Assembly (NCBI GenBank): GCA_034530615.2
Contig: JAVRCV020000073.1
Coordinates: 128,001 to 192,000 of the forward strand
Reading direction: 5' to 3'
DNA: 64,000 nucleotides
Origin: Aulosira sp. ZfuVER01
Lineage (GTDB): Bacteria; Cyanobacteriota; Cyanobacteriia; Cyanobacteriales; Nostocaceae
Shown: positions 60,068-64,000 of the stretch, one piece after another
How the letters are laid out: each line of letters starts with the position of its first letter
How positions within the stretch are numbered: the first letter of the stretch is position 1
Notes under the pieces: model-generated
The model's database searches: none
Seen by the model: only the letters and a program-made list of their open reading frames with translations
Told to the model about the DNA's origin: nothing
Position numbers and translations under genes: made by a program

Positions 60068-60907
60068 GTGTCTGAATATGCTCATCCTGAAGTTCTCATC
60101 GATACACAATGGCTGATGGAACATCTTAAAGATCCTAGCGTTCGCGTGGTCGAGGTTGATATGAGTCCAGAACCATATAAAAATACTCACATCCCTGGTG
60201 CAGTCTTTTGGAATATCTTCACGGATCTTTTAACGCCCGATTTGCGGATAAATTTAGATCCCACTGCTATAGAAAAACTGCTGGCGCGATCGGGTATTTA
60301 CCACGAAACAATTGTTGTTCCCTATGGTAGTTACCCTGGAACAGCCGCCTGGATTTTCTGGCTTTTGAAAATCTTTGGACACGATCGAGTGTACGTTCTC
60401 AATGGTGGGCATCAAAAATGGGTAGCAGAAAATCGTCCATTAGCAACGGAATTGTCCAACTTTGCCCCTACTCACTACCGTGCCAAAGCACCCGATGCTA
60501 ACTTACGGGTTTTGCAAGCAGAAGTTCAAGCATCACTAAATCAAGCAAATCCTGTGTTGCTGGATGTGCGTACTTATCAAGAGTACATTGGCGAAGTCTT
60601 CATGATGCAGCTACCACAGGGAACAGAACGCGGCGGACATATTCCGGGTGCGGTGCATATTGAGCATATCCTGACTCTGAATGAAGATGGAACCTTTAAA
60701 TCAGCCCAAGAGTTGCACAATCTTTACAGTAGCAAAGGTATTACACCTGACAAAGAAGTATTTCCTTACTGTGCCATTGGTGGGCGATCGGCATATACAT
60801 GGTTTGTTTTGAAATATTTACTGGGCTATCCCAAGGTACGCAATTATGATGGTTCTTGGAATGAATGGAGCCGTCTTCCTGATGCACCAATTGAAACAAC
60901 GCAATAA
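60068..60907 (+). CDS. sulfurtransferase (tandem rhodanese)
   Basis: HIPGA twice, LNGG, YCAIGGRS, YDGSWNEW; GTG start after AGGAG. Confidence 0.92.
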   Translation: MSEYAHPEVLIDTQWLMEHLKDPSVRVVEVDMSPEPYKNTHIPGAVFWNIFTDLLTPDLRINLDPTAIEKLLARSGIYHETIVVPYGSYPGTAAWIFWLLKIFGHDRVYVLNGGHQKWVAENRPLATELSNFAPTHYRAKAPDANLRVLQAEVQASLNQANPVLLDVRTYQEYIGEVFMMQLPQGTERGGHIPGAVHIEHILTLNEDGTFKSAQELHNLYSSKGITPDKEVFPYCAIGGRSAYTWFVLKYLLGYPKVRNYDGSWNEWSRLPDAPIETTQ

Positions 60908-60925
60908 GGCAAAATCACGAAAAAT

Positions 60926-61020
60926 CTAGTGGCGTGGCGGAAATAAACCTACCATTCAAAATCAATGAAAAGTTTACCCTATAATCATTTTGAATTTTGA
61001 ATTCCGCGTAGCGGTACTAG
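60926..61020 (+). mobile_element. CTAG-ended MITE-like element, copy 2
   Basis: CTAGT...GGCGGAAATAAACC...TTTTGAATTTTGAATTCCGCGTAGCGGTACTAG; homologous to 13113-13206. Confidence 0.65.
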
Positions 61021-61026
61021 TCTTGT

Positions 61027-61890
61027 GTGGTAAGATTTGGATTGGTTTTTACCGACCATTGCAAAAGTAAATTGCTAACTCTATCTAACCAACTGCCTTT
61101 ATATGGCAAAAGAATACTAGTAACAGCACCGAGAACTTACGCCTCTAGGTTGTCTGAAGAAATCATCATAAAAGGTGGTTTGCCGTTGCTCATGCCAACC
61201 ATAGAAACCACTCTGTTAACAGATTACGCTGAGTTAGATATTGTTTTAAAACAGATAAATAAATTTGACTGGATTGCTTTCACCAGTAGAAACGGTATTA
61301 CTGCATTTTTTCAGCGCTTAAATGTTTTGGGTATTCCCACATCTGCACTAGAAAATTGCCAACTGTGCGCTATTGGCAAAGATGCAGAATTATTATTATC
61401 GCTTTGTGGAAGAGTCAATTTGATTCCCAAAGAATCTAGCCCAGCAGGAATTGTAGCCGAATTATCTCAAATTCCTGATATTTCTCAGAAAAAAGTATTA
61501 GTACCAGTGCCATTAGTTGTTGGTATCCCAGAGCCGAATGTTGTACCAGATTTTATTGCTGGTTTGCAGAGATTGGGTATACAAGTAACTCGCGTACCTA
61601 CCTATACTACTTGCTGTGTAGATAAAGAAATTTATGCAGTTGAATTAGAATTACTGCGTCAAGGAATGATAGATGTAATTGCTTTTAGTAGCACGGCAGA
61701 AGTAGAAAGCTTTTTGACAATGCTCGAATCAAATAGTGATTATCAGCATTGTATTGTAGCCTGTTTTGGCCCGTATACAGCTACTAATGCCCAAAAGTTG
61801 GGTGTAAATGTCTCTATAGTTTCAAATAACTATAGCTCATTTGCGGGATTTGCAAATGCGATCGCCCAATTTTTTCATCAGTATGAATAA
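61027..61890 (+). CDS. hemD: uroporphyrinogen-III synthase (start uncertain)
   Basis: PLYGKRILVT, WIAFTSRNG, AIGKD, AFSS, ACFGPYTA. Confidence 0.85.
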   Translation: MVRFGLVFTDHCKSKLLTLSNQLPLYGKRILVTAPRTYASRLSEEIIIKGGLPLLMPTIETTLLTDYAELDIVLKQINKFDWIAFTSRNGITAFFQRLNVLGIPTSALENCQLCAIGKDAELLLSLCGRVNLIPKESSPAGIVAELSQIPDISQKKVLVPVPLVVGIPEPNVVPDFIAGLQRLGIQVTRVPTYTTCCVDKEIYAVELELLRQGMIDVIAFSSTAEVESFLTMLESNSDYQHCIVACFGPYTATNAQKLGVNVSIVSNNYSSFAGFANAIAQFFHQYE

Positions 61891-61953
61891 TTCTGCTCAA
61901 ACCACAGATAAATATCAATGTTCATCTGTGGATGCTTGAGGATTCATGAGAGT

Positions 61954-63336
61954 TTATATCGTGCGGGAGAATTGTTTTTCTTTGGTTCTCAAGTGGTTAT
62001 CGAAGATGACGGCAATATTTCTCACCAGCAATCTACCAATGTCTGTAACTAGAATGTAGTTTTTAGATAAACTAATCAGTCCATCGGCTTCTAGAGGCTG
62101 CAACATCTCTAATTCACGAGAGAAGTATTCATCAAAACAGATGTGATATTTATCTGCGATGTCTTGCTTATGCAATTGAAAGTGAGACATGATACTCATG
62201 ATCGCATCTCGTCTGATAATGTCATCTTGGGTGAGTTTAATACCTTTACTCAGAGGCAAAGCATCCTGAGAAATTGCCTGATAATAATCCTTTAATTGCT
62301 TGTGGTTTTGGAAATAAGCATCTTCTAGCATACTAATGGATGTGGCACCAAAACCAAAGAGTTCTGTTTCCGCGTGGGTTGTATAACCTTGAAAGTTACG
62401 CTTGAGGGTGCCATTTTGTTGAGCGATCGCTAGTTCATCATTAGATTTGGCAAAATGATCCATACCAATGAAGATATATTCGTTACTTGTCAGTTCTTCA
62501 ATGGTCATTTTCAAAATCTCTAACTTTTCCTGCGGTAAAGGTAAAGCTGCTTCAGGAATATTTTTTTGTGCAGGTTTGATCCAAGGAATATAAGCAAAGT
62601 TAAAAACAACAATCCGGTCAGGATCTAATTCAATAGTCTTTTGTACTGTTTCTCTAAAGCTTTGACGAGTTTGATAAGGTAAACCATAAATTAGGTCTAC
62701 ATTTACACTTTCAAATTCAGCTTCTTTAATCCAACTCATCACATCAAATAGCATTTCTTCCGGCTGAACGCGATTTACTGCTACTTGAACTTGGCGATTA
62801 AAGTCCTGGATGCCAAAACTAATGCGATTAAACCCTATATTTCTGAGAAATAAAATGTAGTTTCTATCTACATAGCGGGGATTGATTTCAATTGAGATTT
62901 CCGCTTCTGGGTCAATGGTGAAGTGTTGAGTAATGTTTTTCCACAAGAATTCTACTTGGTCGCGCTCTAAGTAGTTAGGAGTGCCACCACCCCAATGTAT
63001 CTGGAGTACTTTGCGGTCTGAATTGATTAAAGCTGCGGTCTGCTTAATATCTTTAACCAAATTCTCTAAGTAAGGTTTGGCAATATTCTTGTTGTTGGAA
63101 ATTACCGTATTACAGCCGCAGAAATAGCAAGCACTCTGACAAAAGGGAATGTGGAAATACAAAGACAAGGGAGTTTTTCTTTGATTTGAGGCGGCGATCG
63201 CAGTTTGCAAATCACTTGTGGTAAATGCTTCGCTTAACTCAGTAGCAGGTGGGTAACTGGTGTATCTGGGTGCAGGAGCATCATACTTTTGGATCATCTC
63301 TAGATCGAATTTGACACCAGGTAAGAGAAAAACCAT
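61954..63336 (-). CDS. hemN: oxygen-independent coproporphyrinogen III oxidase
   Basis: PRYTSYP, HIPFCQSACYFCGC, GGGTP, IGMDHFA, RNFQGY; GGAGG RBS before ATG 63336. Confidence 0.95.
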   Translation of the reverse strand: MVFLLPGVKFDLEMIQKYDAPAPRYTSYPPATELSEAFTTSDLQTAIAASNQRKTPLSLYFHIPFCQSACYFCGCNTVISNNKNIAKPYLENLVKDIKQTAALINSDRKVLQIHWGGGTPNYLERDQVEFLWKNITQHFTIDPEAEISIEINPRYVDRNYILFLRNIGFNRISFGIQDFNRQVQVAVNRVQPEEMLFDVMSWIKEAEFESVNVDLIYGLPYQTRQSFRETVQKTIELDPDRIVVFNFAYIPWIKPAQKNIPEAALPLPQEKLEILKMTIEELTSNEYIFIGMDHFAKSNDELAIAQQNGTLKRNFQGYTTHAETELFGFGATSISMLEDAYFQNHKQLKDYYQAISQDALPLSKGIKLTQDDIIRRDAIMSIMSHFQLHKQDIADKYHICFDEYFSRELEMLQPLEADGLISLSKNYILVTDIGRLLVRNIAVIFDNHLRTKEKQFSRTI

Positions 63337-64000
63337 CAAAACCTCCGAATACCGCCGATTAGTTGTATGGCCAGCCACAGACTCAGAATGTCTGTCAGTT
63401 CACAGTCAATGGCAGAGTTAAAGAATTGTTATTCTAGGGTTAGACAGGATTCGCATCACTCGATTTAGCAAACAGCACTGCCGATGCGATCGCTGCCATT
63501 TTTATTTCTCCCAAAATTATTTAACTATTTATATTTGTATAACTATAAAGCTATTAATATTTCTTTATCTTTTTCTGTGTGTGAAGGCACATCTTGGGCT
63601 GGAATGGGACATTTGTCATTTATTATTTCTCTGCATCCCTGCATCTTTTTGTCTCCCTCACCCCCCTCATCTCCCTTGGCCCCCAATCGAGCAGTGTTTT
63701 GAAAAAAATCAGAAATTGACAGAGATATTACTAATTCCACGCAGCAGTACTAGTATTTTATTTCTGGGCTATTAACTAGCTCAAAACTAATATTTTGATG
63801 TGAGGTGTATAACCCCTCAGCAATTTACAAAAAGTTTTTCTATAATTACAAGGGCTGAATTATATTAACGTCTTAGACATTTTTTAAACTGTCTAATGTT
63901 CTATAACTGCATAAATATGATTTAATAACTAAAAATGATAACTAACTGTACATTTTTAGTCAGCCAGGAGCAGCAAATAAAGAAATTCACAAAAAAGTAT

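Noticed and set aside
63484..63775. Short overlapping ORFs upstream of hemN
   Set aside because: Low-complexity, repeat-derived, and no recognisable family

Overview
Chromosomal segment of a cyanobacterium, most likely heterocyst-forming (Nostocales). The evidence is frequent HIP1 octamers (GCGATCGC), short tandem repeats and Nostoc/Anabaena-type genes. About 50 CDS are present, including panC-cmk, sodB, crhC, smc, katB, a small heat-shock gene, hemD, hemN, rlpA and glutaminase. Also present are a probable iron-regulated multicopper-oxidase operon, a RexT/trxA2 redox-detoxification cluster, wzm/wzt with glycosyltransferases, a Yfr2-like sRNA and two pseudogenes (hli, DUF4058). The most unusual part is 16.4-17.7 kb. 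There a four-helix-bundle (IVP/Avd-like) gene is almost exactly enclosed by a 35-bp inverted repeat made of tandem octamers. It follows a Uma2 nuclease gene that is bracketed by a 17-bp direct repeat and carries an in-frame 57-nt structured insertion; relatives of that insertion occur nested at 11.2 kb. Several families of ~100-bp MITE-like elements and REP-like palindromes are also visible. No CRISPR array, rRNA, tRNA, transposase or integrase was recognised. All family assignments come from motif recognition by eye, not database searches.
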